Of a stretch of DNA of 64,000 nt, positions 12,828 through 23,791 are shown one piece after another. The first letter of the stretch is position 1, and each line of letters starts with the position of its first letter. Both the position numbers and the translations under genes were made by a program. The DNA comes from Octopus vulgaris. Its lineage: Eukaryota. The notes below the pieces were generated by a model that saw only the letters and a program-made list of their open reading frames with translations, ran no database searches and was not told where the DNA came from. The DNA lies in NCBI GenBank assembly GCA_951406725.2, contig OX597817.1:96968001-97032000 (forward strand), given 5' to 3'.

Positions 12828-13509
12828 CCATTATTATTATTACTATTAAGAAAATACTGGACATCATTAAAGTTGGTTATGTAGCTATGTGGGGGATTAA
12901 GAGTATGTGAAGAAATAAGAGAAGATTTTTGAGTGAAAAGACTTTGTTTCGTGTTACTATTTCCGGCTATGTTAATGTTTTCTTGTAATGACTGACAGTG
13001 ACATTACAATTATCTTATAAGAAATATAGGTATTGGTAGAAATCGGGTTAGCAAAAGTCTTGTTATTTGGGCCATAGTTGTTAAAATCTTTTTCTATTTT
13101 ATGGTGGAGTTATCTTTACAAATATACTTCATAGAGTTAAGTTGTGTGCCAGAGTGTTCCAATTCATAATGGTGTTTAGAAATTGTGGTGTGTTTATTAA
13201 AATTCATGTCCATATAGTTGTTGTTATGATTGAAAAATTCATTGTTAAATTTGTTGTACTTAATTTGATATTTATATCAATCCTAAGAGCCAGATTGAAA
13301 TAGTCTTTATGCTTAAGTCTTACGCAATAGTCTTATGAAATGCGTGTATGTATTGAATCCTATTTTGTACTAAATTTAATTTTGATTCAGCACCTTTTTC
13401 TTCTCCATTTATCTATAATTGTTTATGGTATATTTATACTATATATATATACACACACATATAAATGTATGTGTACAAATAATATGGAAAAAGTAAATTA
13501 ATAGTTACC

Positions 13510-13910
13510 AGGCGCAGGAGTGGCTGTGTGGTAAGTAGCTTGTTTACCAACCACATGGTTCCGGGTTCAGTCCCACTGCGTGGCACCTTGTGCAAGTGTC
13601 TTCTACTATAGCCTCCGGCCGACCAAAGCCTTGTGAGTGGATTTGGTAGACGGAAACTGAAAGAAGCCCATCATATATATGTATATATATATGCGTGTGT
13701 GTGTTTGTGTGTCTGTGTTTGTCCCCCTAGCATTGCTTGACAACCGATGCTGGTGTGTTTATGTCCCCGTCACTTAGCGGTTCGGCAAAAGAGACCGATA
13801 GAATAAGTACTGGGCTTACAAAAGAATAAGTCCTGGGGTCGAGTTGCTCGATTAAAGGCGGTGCTCCAGCATGGCCGCAGTCAAATGACTGAAACAAGTA
13901 AAAGAGAGAG
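13510..13910 (+). mobile_element. tRNA-derived bipartite SINE with internal microsatellite
   Basis: A-box GTGGCTGTGTGGTAAG, B-box GGTTCAGTCCC, CORE-like GGCACCTTGTGCAAGTGTCTT and 3' TGACTGAAACAAGTAAAAGAG. At least four near-full copies in the window. Confidence 0.85.
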
Positions 13911-15487
13911 GGTAGCAAAAATTCACATAAGTTCCAAGGATGTTACAGCTTACTTTTAAAGGTTGAAGTTCCAGGGTTTAGTGAAATAGATAAATTAAGA
14001 AAGGGAGTTAAATGCAGATGTTATTCAAATCTTTATACTTCTGACATACATCATCATCATCCTCATCATCATTTTGCATCCGTTCTCCATGCTAGCATGG
14101 GTTGGATGGTTCAACTGGAGTCTGTGAAGCTGGAAGGCTTCATCAGGCCCAGTCAGATCTGGCAGTGTTTCTACGGCTGGATGCCCTTCCTAACGCCGTT
14201 TCGAAGAAAACATTGGTAATATTCCTGAGGGAATTTAATGATGTAAAACAATGTAATCATCTCATCAGGGAAAAAAGAGAAACAAAACACATCAATAAGC
14301 CATTTTAACTGAATGTGATTACCGTGTATATGATGAAATGAATGCTGGCAAGTTATTAAAAAAAAAAATCGATTTAACGACAAAGGCAGTTTAGAGAAAG
14401 AGAAAGAGGAGAAAGAAAGAAAGAAATTAATAGAAAACTAAGAGTGGAGAAATATAGTGCAATAGATGAGTGGAAATTATATATATATTAGGGAGTATAA
14501 CTCCAAACTTACAGGGAAAATTCAGTTTAGTATTAAATCAAATTTCACAATATAAATATATAATATATATAACAATTAGAGAAAAACCACCATTATGTAA
14601 TTCAAACAATGATAGACATAAACCATATCATATAGAAAAAATAAAATATATTATAAAACATATATCTAGATCACAAAAAAGTATTAAAAAATGAATAAAC
14701 ATTATATAATAAGTAAAATGACTACGTACGTTTCGTGGCTATAACTTCAATTCGAATTACAGTTAAATTTAAATTTAATCCAAAAAACAATTCAATTTAA
14801 AAGTATAGTCACTCCTTAGATCAACAATAATAACAATAATAGTTAAATAAATATATATTTTTAATAAATAATCAAATAGAATTAAACAATATTTCTTAAA
14901 GAAATAAAAACATGTTTCTTCTTATAGAAGAAACTCTGTTAACTAAATTTGAAACTTAAAAAGTAGGACCAGGTGTCTATAATACATTTATCATGTTAAA
15001 AACCTAAGGTAAAAAATAGAGTAAATAGATAGAAAAATGTATTTTATCTGAACATATATTTTAGCTTTGAGAATAATATTAACAAACTATAATATATCTT
15101 TACTAGAAAAATATAAGAGTCTAATTAATTAAAGTAAAAATACTTAAAATAAATCATATACTTAAGTTCAGCTAAATTACTATAATTTAATCTATATTTA
15201 TTAATTAAATAAATTATATATTAATTTATTAATTAAATAGACATCTAAATTGATCAGAAACTAACTATGTACTAAACTCTATACAAAACATGTATAGACT
15301 TATAATATATCTTATATCAACAACATTGCAGCCACAACCCTGCAATAGTATTTTGTATATATTTCAACAATATATTCACAAATAATTTAAACTTATTATA
15401 TAAGTAAATTAATTTATGTCTAGAACTAATATTTCACTCTTTGATAAAATAAACAAAGTACTTATTATAATTATTAAATTCACTAGT

Positions 15488-17245
15488 ATCATCATCATCA
15501 TCATCGTCATTTAGCGTCCGCTTTCCATGCTAGCATGGGTTGGACGGGTCAACTGGGGTCTGTGAAGCTGGAAGGCTTCGTCAGGCCCAGTCAGATCTGG
15601 CAGTGTTTCTACGGCTGGATGCCCTTCCTAACGCCAACCACTCCGCGAGTGTAATGGGTGTTTTTTACGTGCCACCTGCACAGGTGCCAGACAGAGCTGG
15701 CAAATGGCCATGAACGGATGGTGCTTTTACGTGTCACCGGCACGGGGCCAGGCGATGCTGGCAACGGACACGAACGGATGGTGCTTTTACGTGCCACCGA
15801 TACGGGGCCAGACAGAGCTGGCAAACGGCCACGAACAGACGGTGCTTTTACATGTCACCGGCACGGGGGCCAGCCGAGGCTGGCAACGGACACGAACGGA
15901 TGGTGCTTTTACGTGCCACTGACACGGGGCCAGACAGAGCTGGCAAATGGCCACGAACGGACGGTGCTTTTACGTGTCACCGGCACGGGGCCAGGCGAGG
16001 CTGGCAACGAACACGAACGGATGGTGCTTTTACGTGCCACCGACATGGGGGCCAGACAGAGCTGGCAAACAGCCATGAGCGAATGGTGCTTTTACGTATC
16101 ACCGACACGGGTGCCAGACGAGGCTGGCAGAGGACACGAACGGATGGGTCACTTAACCCCTGCTTTCTGATATATGATTTGATTTTGATTGTTCTCACTG
16201 GTCTTGCCGGGTCTTCTGACGCACAGCATACTTCCATAGGTCTCGGTCTCTGGTCATTTCCTTGGTGAGACCTAGAGTTCGAAGGTCGTGCTTCACCACC
16301 TCGTCCCATGTTTTCCTGGGTCTACCTCTTCCACAGGTCCCCTCAACTGCCAGGGTGTGGCACTTTTTCACACACCTATCTTCATCCATTCTCGCCACAT
16401 GACCATACCAGCACAATCGTCTCTCTTGCACACAACATCTGATGCCTCTTAGGTCCAACTTTTCTCTCAAGGTACTTACACTCTGTCAACTATGAACACT
16501 GACATTACACATCCAACGGAGCATACTAGCTTCATTTCTTGCGAGCTTGCGCATGTCCTCAGCAGTCACGGCCCATGTTTCACTGCCATGTAGCATGGCT
16601 GTTCGTACACATGCATCATACAGTCTGCCTTTTACTCTGAGCGAGAGGCCTTTAGTCACCAACAGAGGTAAGAGCTCCCTAAACTTTGCCCAGGCTATTC
16701 TTACTCTAGCCGTTACACTTTCAGCACACCCACCCCCACTACTGACTTGGTCACCAAGATAACGGAAGCTAACAACTACTTCTAGTTTTTCCCCCTGGAA
16801 AGTGACGGAAGTTGTTTTCTGCAGATTTTCAGAGGTTAATGCTCCCGAGCATCTGCCACATGCAAAAACCATCTTCCTAGTTAGCCTTCTCCAGTTCTGA
16901 TAGTGACTGAGCAATTAGAGCAAGGTCATCAGCATAGAGGAGCTCCCAGGGGCATCCTGTCTTGAATTCCTGCGTTATTGCCTGGAGGACTATGATAAAT
17001 AAGAGGGGGCTGAGGACTGAGCCTTGGTGGACCCCTACCTCTACCCGGAATTCTTCACTGTACTCGTTGCCAACCCTCACCTTACTAGCAGCGTCCCTGT
17101 ACATGGCTCGCACAGCTCTCACTAACCATTCATCTATTCCTAGTTTCCTCATTGACCACCAGATGAGGGATCGGGGGACCCTGTCGAAGGCTTTCTCCAT
17201 GTCAACAAAAGCCAGGTACAGGGGCTTATCTTTGGCTAGGTATTT
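15488..17245 (-). mobile_element. 5'-truncated RTE-clade LINE with frameshifts and a minisatellite in the 3'UTR
   Basis: RT motifs MEKAFDRVP, GVHQGSVLSPLLF, LYADDL, FRYLGD, GRGRPRKTW; (CAT)n tail. Confidence 0.92.
15655..16147. repeat. Minisatellite of about 8 x 60-61 bp in alternating A/B units
   Basis: Repeated GGTGCTTTTACGTG(T/C)CACCG...GGGGCCAG...GCTGGCAA...CACGAACGGA. Confidence 0.9.
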
Positions 17246-17351
17246 CTCAAAGATATAAAGAAAAAATATATAAGTATATATATAAAAAGTATATAAAGAA
17301 AAAATAAAAAACTTTTACTACCTAAGACATAATATTTTACGTTATAAACTA

Positions 17352-17415
<64 letters not shown>

Positions 17416-18568
17416 GGAGATGTACTCGCATAGCAAGTAATTTGATCTGAGATCGTGTGCTGAAACGAAAACAATTGCAGCGTGGGAGGTGTTTATAAGC
17501 CATTTAAGAAACACACAAAAGCCGTTCGATTCACTCCAACATTTAAGTTTAATTTGTCAAAATATTTTCGTCGCTAAAATCCGCGACCTGTTCACTGACA
17601 AAGTCCGTGCTGCATCTAAGAAAGTAACAGTTAGTTCGTCATATATATGTATGTACGTATGTATGTGTGTATGTATGCATACATGTGTGTATGTATGTAC
17701 GTATTCATGTCCGCACATACGCCTGTGTATGCATGTATGTATGTATGTATGTATGTATGTATGTATGTATATATGTATGTGTGTGTATAAGCACGCACAT
17801 ACACTCTATAAAACATAAAGTTATAAACCTGTAGCGATGGATGGATGTAGAGTGACCACTCATCACAACGCTATCAAATTTCAACTCCCTACGGCCGAGG
17901 CTAGAAAGTGAATTTATGACGCTTGCTCACAAGAACTATACCCTAAAATCTATTATCAGATTTTTATCTCTATATCACAGAACTAATGTTTTACTATTGT
18001 TCGTATGTATGTATGTATGTGCGTATGTATGTATGTATGTATGTATGTATGTACATACGTACGCATGTGCGTATGTATGTATACGCGCCCGTATGCATGT
18101 GCCCATGTATGTGTGTGTGTACATGTACGTGCGTATGTACGTGTGTATGCCCATACGTAGGTATGTATGTATGTTTGTATTCATGTGCTACGTATGTATG
18201 TGAGTGTCTAGGAGAATGGGCAGATGTGTCCGTGAGAGTGTGTACATGTGTATGTGTATGTGAACGTATGTCCGTGTACTGGCATGTGTCCGTCCCAGTT
18301 GTGTACATGACTGTTACTTAGCTGAAGGTTGTATACATATTTACATATATGTTTGTATAGACGCACACACATATATATATATATATATATGTGTGTGTGG
18401 GTGTGTGTTTGTTCCTCTCATCATCGTCTAACCGTGAATGGGTACAACGCCTAGGTGCAACTGTTCGTATCAAACAACGTCTGCTCATACCGTTGTATAT
18501 AACTGCACATACGCATTGCAACCTGTATGTAAGGACTACAGGTGAAAGGGAGAGAGAGAGAGGGGTGG

Positions 18569-19634
18569 TTATAGAATAGTCCTTCTGAATGGGATCTGGA
18601 TGTTATTCCATTCGGACTTTCGGTTGAGAGTAGGTTTGTATTCTTGTATACAAACAGCTTCTGTGACCTGTCTCAACATTGCATCGGTGGGATGTGTAGA
18701 TAGGATGTTCAACTTAAGCTCCCCTAAGGATCCCTTGTGGCAGTCTACAGCATGTTGGTAGAAGATGGAGTTTGGCTTCCTTTCAATGTAGTTGTCCAGG
18801 TGTTCTTTGAACCTATCATTGATGCTTCTAGAGGTCTCACCTATGTATGACTCCGGGTTAGCCGCGCAAGCTCCCTCCTGGCACTTAATCTGGTATACAG
18901 TGCCCTTGGTTTTACAATTTACGTGTGGATTTGTCGAACACACTGCACAATTACTCTGACAGGTGATTCTATCAAATGGATATGATCTGCATAATGCCGA
19001 TTTGATAGTCCTACCTGTCTTTTCTACAACTTTAACTTTTAGGCCCGTAGTGCGCAGGACTTTCTTGAATGCCTTACTTAGCTCGTTCATAGGTGTGGCG
19101 TCAACGAACATCACTCCGTGAAATCTCCTGTTATCGTACCAAGTAACGTTTCTCATCTTCTTGTTGGTGTCCCTCTCCAACCTATTCCAGAACTTGTTGC
19201 GGTACAGGGGGCATATACCGTTTTCGTCGTTCCCTAGAATGCGTTCGAATCTAGCTTTCGCTCCTTTGTACACCCTGACTCTATCGTCTTGTGTGTATCC
19301 GGAACGTTGCATTCGGAATACGTAGTGCTGGATGTGTTGTTGTCGTTCTTGTGGTTGGCATAGTGGTGATACATTCCTCATTACTCTAACTAAGTCTGCC
19401 ACTAGGATGTTGAGTTTGGCAGTATCCGACATAGCTGAGTCACTACGGATTACTAGTGGATTAGCCATCGGTTTCTGATAGTGTGAGTGGAGTATACATG
19501 GTTTAATGGTACCATTAACCATAGCGTCTTCCATCCATAGCTCAGTATCTAGGACGGGTAATCGTTTACTGGGGTGTCTAGAGGGGTAGTCTATGGTAAG
19601 TTTTATACTGCTGTGGATAGAGTCAGCTATAGCT
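18569..19634 (-). CDS. PLE polyprotein C-terminal part (RT thumb and GIY-YIG endonuclease), uninterrupted but 5'-truncated
   Basis: LPVLD, HYQKPM, CQSNCAVC..NC, TVYQIKC...YIGETSRSINDRFKEH, RQVTEAVCI...PTLN. Confidence 0.88.
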
Positions 19635-19785
19635 GACTCTATCCACAGCTGAAACGAAAACAATTGCAGCGTGGGAGGTGTTTATAAGCCATTTAAGAAA
19701 CACACAAAAGCCGTTCGATTCACTCCAACATTTAAGTTTAATTTGTCAAAATATTTTCGTCGCTGTGGATAGATGCAGCACGGAC

Positions 19786-19835
19786 TTTGTCAGTGAACAG
19801 GTCGCGGATTTTAGCGACGAAAATATTTTGACAAA
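19786..19835 (+). ncRNA. Hammerhead-like motif with a non-canonical core (element-sense copy on - strand at 17553-17602)
   Basis: TTTGTCA-GTGAACAG-GTCGC(GGATTTTA)GCGAC-GAAA-ATAT-TT-TGACAAA. Confidence 0.5.
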
Positions 19836-19910
19836 TTAAACTTAAATGTTGGAGTGAATCGAACGGCTTTTGTGTGTTTCTTAAATGGCTTATAAACACC
19901 TCCACGTTGC

Positions 19911-19959
<49 letters not shown>

Positions 19960-19962
<3 letters not shown>

Positions 19963-21619
19963 TTGCGGCCAAAATGTTCAGAACGGCATTGTTTCGTCAG
20001 AAAAGTAGGTATAATTTTTTATCAAAGTTCTTTTATATTCTATAATTTTCACACACAATAAATACGATATTAATTGTTATTGTCTGAGATTTTGGTGTAA
20101 TTTTAGAGGATAATACAAAAGTTATGGATGATTTAGTGATTTACTGCAAAACCCATGGTGGCCAAAAGGATCAGAACGGTTGCTTTTACTTCATGTTTTA
20201 GTATATTTAACCAGCAAACTCTAATGTGTTGAATTTGTTTACGTGACAGTTCATTTACTAAACACGCCGTAAGAATATCTGCAGTGTATTTTGTTAATAT
20301 AATTCCACTTACTTCATTACCAATTCGTCAGCAGATTATTAAGCTTCGAAAGAAGGATAATTTAAGTATTGGTTCTATTGCAAAGATTGTTAACAAGTCA
20401 AAAAGTGTTGTTCACGGTATTCTTAAGGTCTACGATGATTGTGGTTCGTGTGAAGCAATAAAGTCTACAGGTAGGCCAAGAAAAACGACCAAAAGAGAAG
20501 ATTGTGCTACGGTAAGGTTGGTTAAAAAGGTTAGATTTAAAACTGCTGCTGCAGCTGTTGCTCGGGAAATGAGCATTGTACTGAAGAAAACTTTATCTCG
20601 AAAAACTGTGTCTCATCCTTTAGTTGAACATAACCTACAAGCAAGATCACCTGCAGTGAAGCCACTGATCAGCTCCAAGAATAAAAAATGTCGTCTTACC
20701 TTTGCAACCGAACATGTGTTGTGGTCTCAAGAAAAATGGCAAATGGTGCATTTCAGTGATGAATCTAAGTCTATGTTATTTGGCTCAGATGGGAAAAGGT
20801 ACGTTCGTCGAAAAGCAGGTGAAAAATTGTCACCTAAATGCCTTAAGACTAATGTTAAATTCGGTGGAGGAAGTGTCATGGTTTTGGGGATGATATCTGG
20901 AGATGGCGTGGGCCCTTTCGTGCGATTACATGGAAAGGTAAATGCAGGAGTTTATAAACAACTTGTAAAAGATCATGTCTTGCCTGTGCTGAGAAATTCA
21001 ACTAAGCGACCACCCATATTCATGCAGGACAATGCCCCATGTCACAAGGCTAAGGCGGTCATGAACTTCCACAAGGCTGAAAAGGTTATTATTATGGATT
21101 GGCTTGCTCAAAGCCCAGATCTCAATCCTATTGAAAACATGTGCTGGAGTCGGAAAGACAACATCCAGGTCTCCTGGAGAACGTTCGAAAGCCAGAAATC
21201 CTAAAACAACCGAGCAATTATGGAATGCCCTTCAGGAAGAATGGAATAAGATCATCCAGCAAGAAATTGAAAATTTAATTTCCTCATGCAGTCGAATTCG
21301 AAGATGTCAAAGTTTGATTGAAGCTAAAGGGCTTCACACTAAATATGAAATAATTCCAGTATTCTCTGTCATTTTTGATTATTTTGTTATTTTTTCAACC
21401 GTTCTGATCATTTTCGCCACCATGGGTTTTGCAGTAAATCACTATATCATCCATAACTTTTGTATTATCCACTCAAATTACATCAAAATCTCAGACAATA
21501 CCAATTGATATTGTATTTATTGTCTGTGAAAATTATAGAATATAAAACAACTTTGATAAAAACTTATACCTACTTTTCTGACAAAAACAATGCCGTTCTG
21601 AACATTTTGGCCGCAACTG
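19960..21619 (+). mobile_element. Full-length IR/DR-type Tc1 transposon (DD34E) with ~220-bp TIRs, TA-flanked
   Basis: TIR CAGTTGCGGCCAAAATGTTCAGAACGG at both ends and inner direct repeat GTGGCCAAAAGGATCAGAACGG. Confidence 0.95.
20284..21350 (+). pseudogene. Tc1 transposase, nearly intact, with a C-terminal frameshift near 21145-21180 and no clear ATG
   Basis: TGRPRKTT, HFSDESK, MQDNAPCH, SPDLNPIEN (34 residues between D and E). The C-terminus continues in ORF 21104..21508 (LWNALQEEWNKI...AKGLHTKY). Confidence 0.9.
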
Positions 21620-21859
21620 TATATATATATACACATATGTATGTATGTGTATGTATATGTTTGTATGTATATGTTTGTATGTATATATATATATATATAT
21701 GTTTATGAATTTGTGTTGCAAGATACCTGATGTGAAGTCATATGTGAAACTGGTATTGTATTTTAGGATGGTCATTTTATTTGTATTTTTGCCAAATAAA
21801 CTCATGCACTATATATTCATTCTACACTTGTTTATTACTGTTCTTATTCAGTTAAACAT

Positions 21860-22378
21860 GGAGGAGAATCTGTGATGATCTGGAGAAGCTATATCTTGGA
21901 AATCCAATGGTTTCCCTTCATGGCAGAATTAATAGTGAAGACTATTTAAGCATTTTATCTGATCAAATTCATCCTATGGTTGCGGAATTGTTTCTGGAGG
22001 GAAACACAATCTTTCAGGATGATAATGCACCAATTCACACAGCTAAAGTTGTTACTGAATAGCACAAGGAACATTCTAGTGAAGTTGAACATCTTATCTG
22101 GCCACCACAATCCCCAGATCTTAATATTATTGAACATTTATGGTGCATTTTAGAAAAACAAGTAAGGAGTCAATATCCTCCACTATCATCACTACAAGAA
22201 CTGGAAACTGTTTTAGCTGAAGAATAGACAAAAATTCCTTTGGAAACAATTCAAACTTTGCATGAGTCCATACCTCATAGAATTCAAGTTGTAATTACTA
22301 CCAAAAGCAGTCCTACTCTATATTAAAATTAATTTGTTTGAAATTTTACAGTGTTTCCATTATTTTGTCCAACCCCAC
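21860..22378 (+). mobile_element. 3' fragment of a Tc1-family element with DD36E spacing; same TIR family as 2208-2853
   Basis: [43 protein letters not shown] and right TIR GTGTTTCCATTATTTTGTCCAACCCC. Confidence 0.8.
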
Positions 22379-22385
22379 TATATAT

Positions 22386-22441
<56 letters not shown>

Positions 22442-22569
22442 ATTAGAAGATATATATAATACCTGTACATCATCTCCAAACCTTCCAATATATATATCTA
22501 TATATATATATCCCCTGTGATATTCATACGAAATTGATACTATAAGATAGATTTATTATCTCATTTTAG

Positions 22570-22714
22570 GATGGTGGTATTGGCAGCTTAGGAAAAATAA
22601 TTGATCACAGAACCTGAAATGGATGGGTTTCAGTGAAATGGGACTCTGGACGCACAAATCTTTATCGAGTTGGTTTCCAGAATAGTTGTGATTTGGTTAT
22701 TGTTGGTCACAATT
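22570..22714 (+). CDS. Host gene exon C: C-terminal half of MIB/HERC2 domain (DGGIGSLGKIIDHRT*NGWVSVKWDSGRTNLYRVGFQNSCDLVIVGHN), with in-frame TGA; phase 0 to 1
   Basis: Acceptor ttatctcattttag, donor GTATGT. Carries the DGGxGxxG, VxVxWDxGxxNxYRxG and DL motifs. TGA at 22615-22617. Confidence 0.88.
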
Positions 22715-23703
22715 GTATGTTCATTGGTTTGAAATTTTTATCATAATCTAGGTCATTTTCATTGTCATATTGATTATCTTCAACAGCATTCTCATCTTTA
22801 TTATCATCATCTTCATCATCAATGTTGTTTTATCATCATCATTGACAAAAATCAAAAGATTAAAATCTAATGTGAAAGGAACAGTAATATCTTGTTAACA
22901 AGTTATTACTTCTGTGTTGGTTCATAACATCTCTTATTTTAATTACTGCACTCATCATCATAACTATCTTCACTAGCACTTTCACATTCCACTTATAAAC
23001 TCTGTTAACATCCCACTACATTTAAGCTCACAGGATAATCTGGCGTATATCATGAAATGAGATTACGAGTGCAGTAGAAAAAAACATGCTTATACAACTG
23101 GTGCTGAATTTTGAGACTTCAGTAATGACTAAAATGTTAAACATGAAGATTTCATTTTCAAATACTTAACATCATATATAAATACATTTTATATTTATAA
23201 TATTCTTATTCAAGTGGTGTAAGCTATTTGCAATATTTCTAATATGGATGATAACCCATATACCATATTCTCTCAAAACACTATCATTCATGAAATGCTC
23301 TTAGATACATAACAACGTTGTGAAATTATTTTATAGTTAGCAATCTAGTTTCTACTTTGTAAAAAATAAAGCAAAGATTATACTTCAACTTATGAAACTC
23401 AACGTAATTTTTCTTGATTAAAGTGTAATTTAATAATTGGCAGTAATATCAAATAATCCTACAGAAGTAAGAGATGTGTCTTTGGATTTTGGTGATTTAG
23501 ATAGTGATATAAAATCCCATCATTTCCATTTGTAGTTGCCCTTTGATCATAGTAATGTAAAAATTAATGTATGCATGTTATAGAATATCAGCTCTTAGCT
23601 CATTTACTACAAATGTACCTACTACTTTGCATCTAGAATTGAATCATGATTTTGAATCTCTTCTAGAATTGAATCATGATTTTGAATCTCTTCTCTTCAA
23701 CAG

Positions 23704-23791
23704 ATACTCAATGTATTGTCCAACCACAAAATAATACATTCAACACAGCATTTATTTTCCCAAGTGACAAAACGTTCCTAAATTCAAAAAT
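23704..23791 (+). CDS. Host gene exon D: start of CUB1 (YTQCIVQPQNNTFNTAFIFPSDKTFLNSK), phase 1 to 2
   Basis: Acceptor ctcttctcttcaacag, donor GTGAGT. Open frame, with the same phase pattern and early Cys as the other CUB first exons. Confidence 0.72.

Larger units (their letters stand above)
17416..19914 (-). mobile_element. Young 5'-truncated Penelope-like retroelement (RT thumb, Cys linker, GIY-YIG), with a microsatellite-rich 3'UTR, 3' pLTR and rearranged 5' pLTR copies, flanked by (TA)n
   Basis: pLTR at 17416-17620, copied in the same orientation at 19648-19764 and inverted at 19770-19914 with near identity. Confidence 0.9.

Noticed and set aside
13510-13585. tRNA genes at SINE heads (also 49900 and 9691)
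   Set aside because: A/B boxes are present but there is no complete cloverleaf, and they continue into multi-copy repeat bodies.
15655-16147. CRISPR-like appearance and overlapping repetitive ORFs
   Set aside because: No unique spacers and a eukaryotic context. It is a minisatellite in a LINE 3'UTR.
5858-22714. Calling the gene mib1, mib2 or HERC2
   Set aside because: No ZZ, ankyrin, RING or HECT exons were seen. The flanking exons are a hydrophobic leader and CUB domains.
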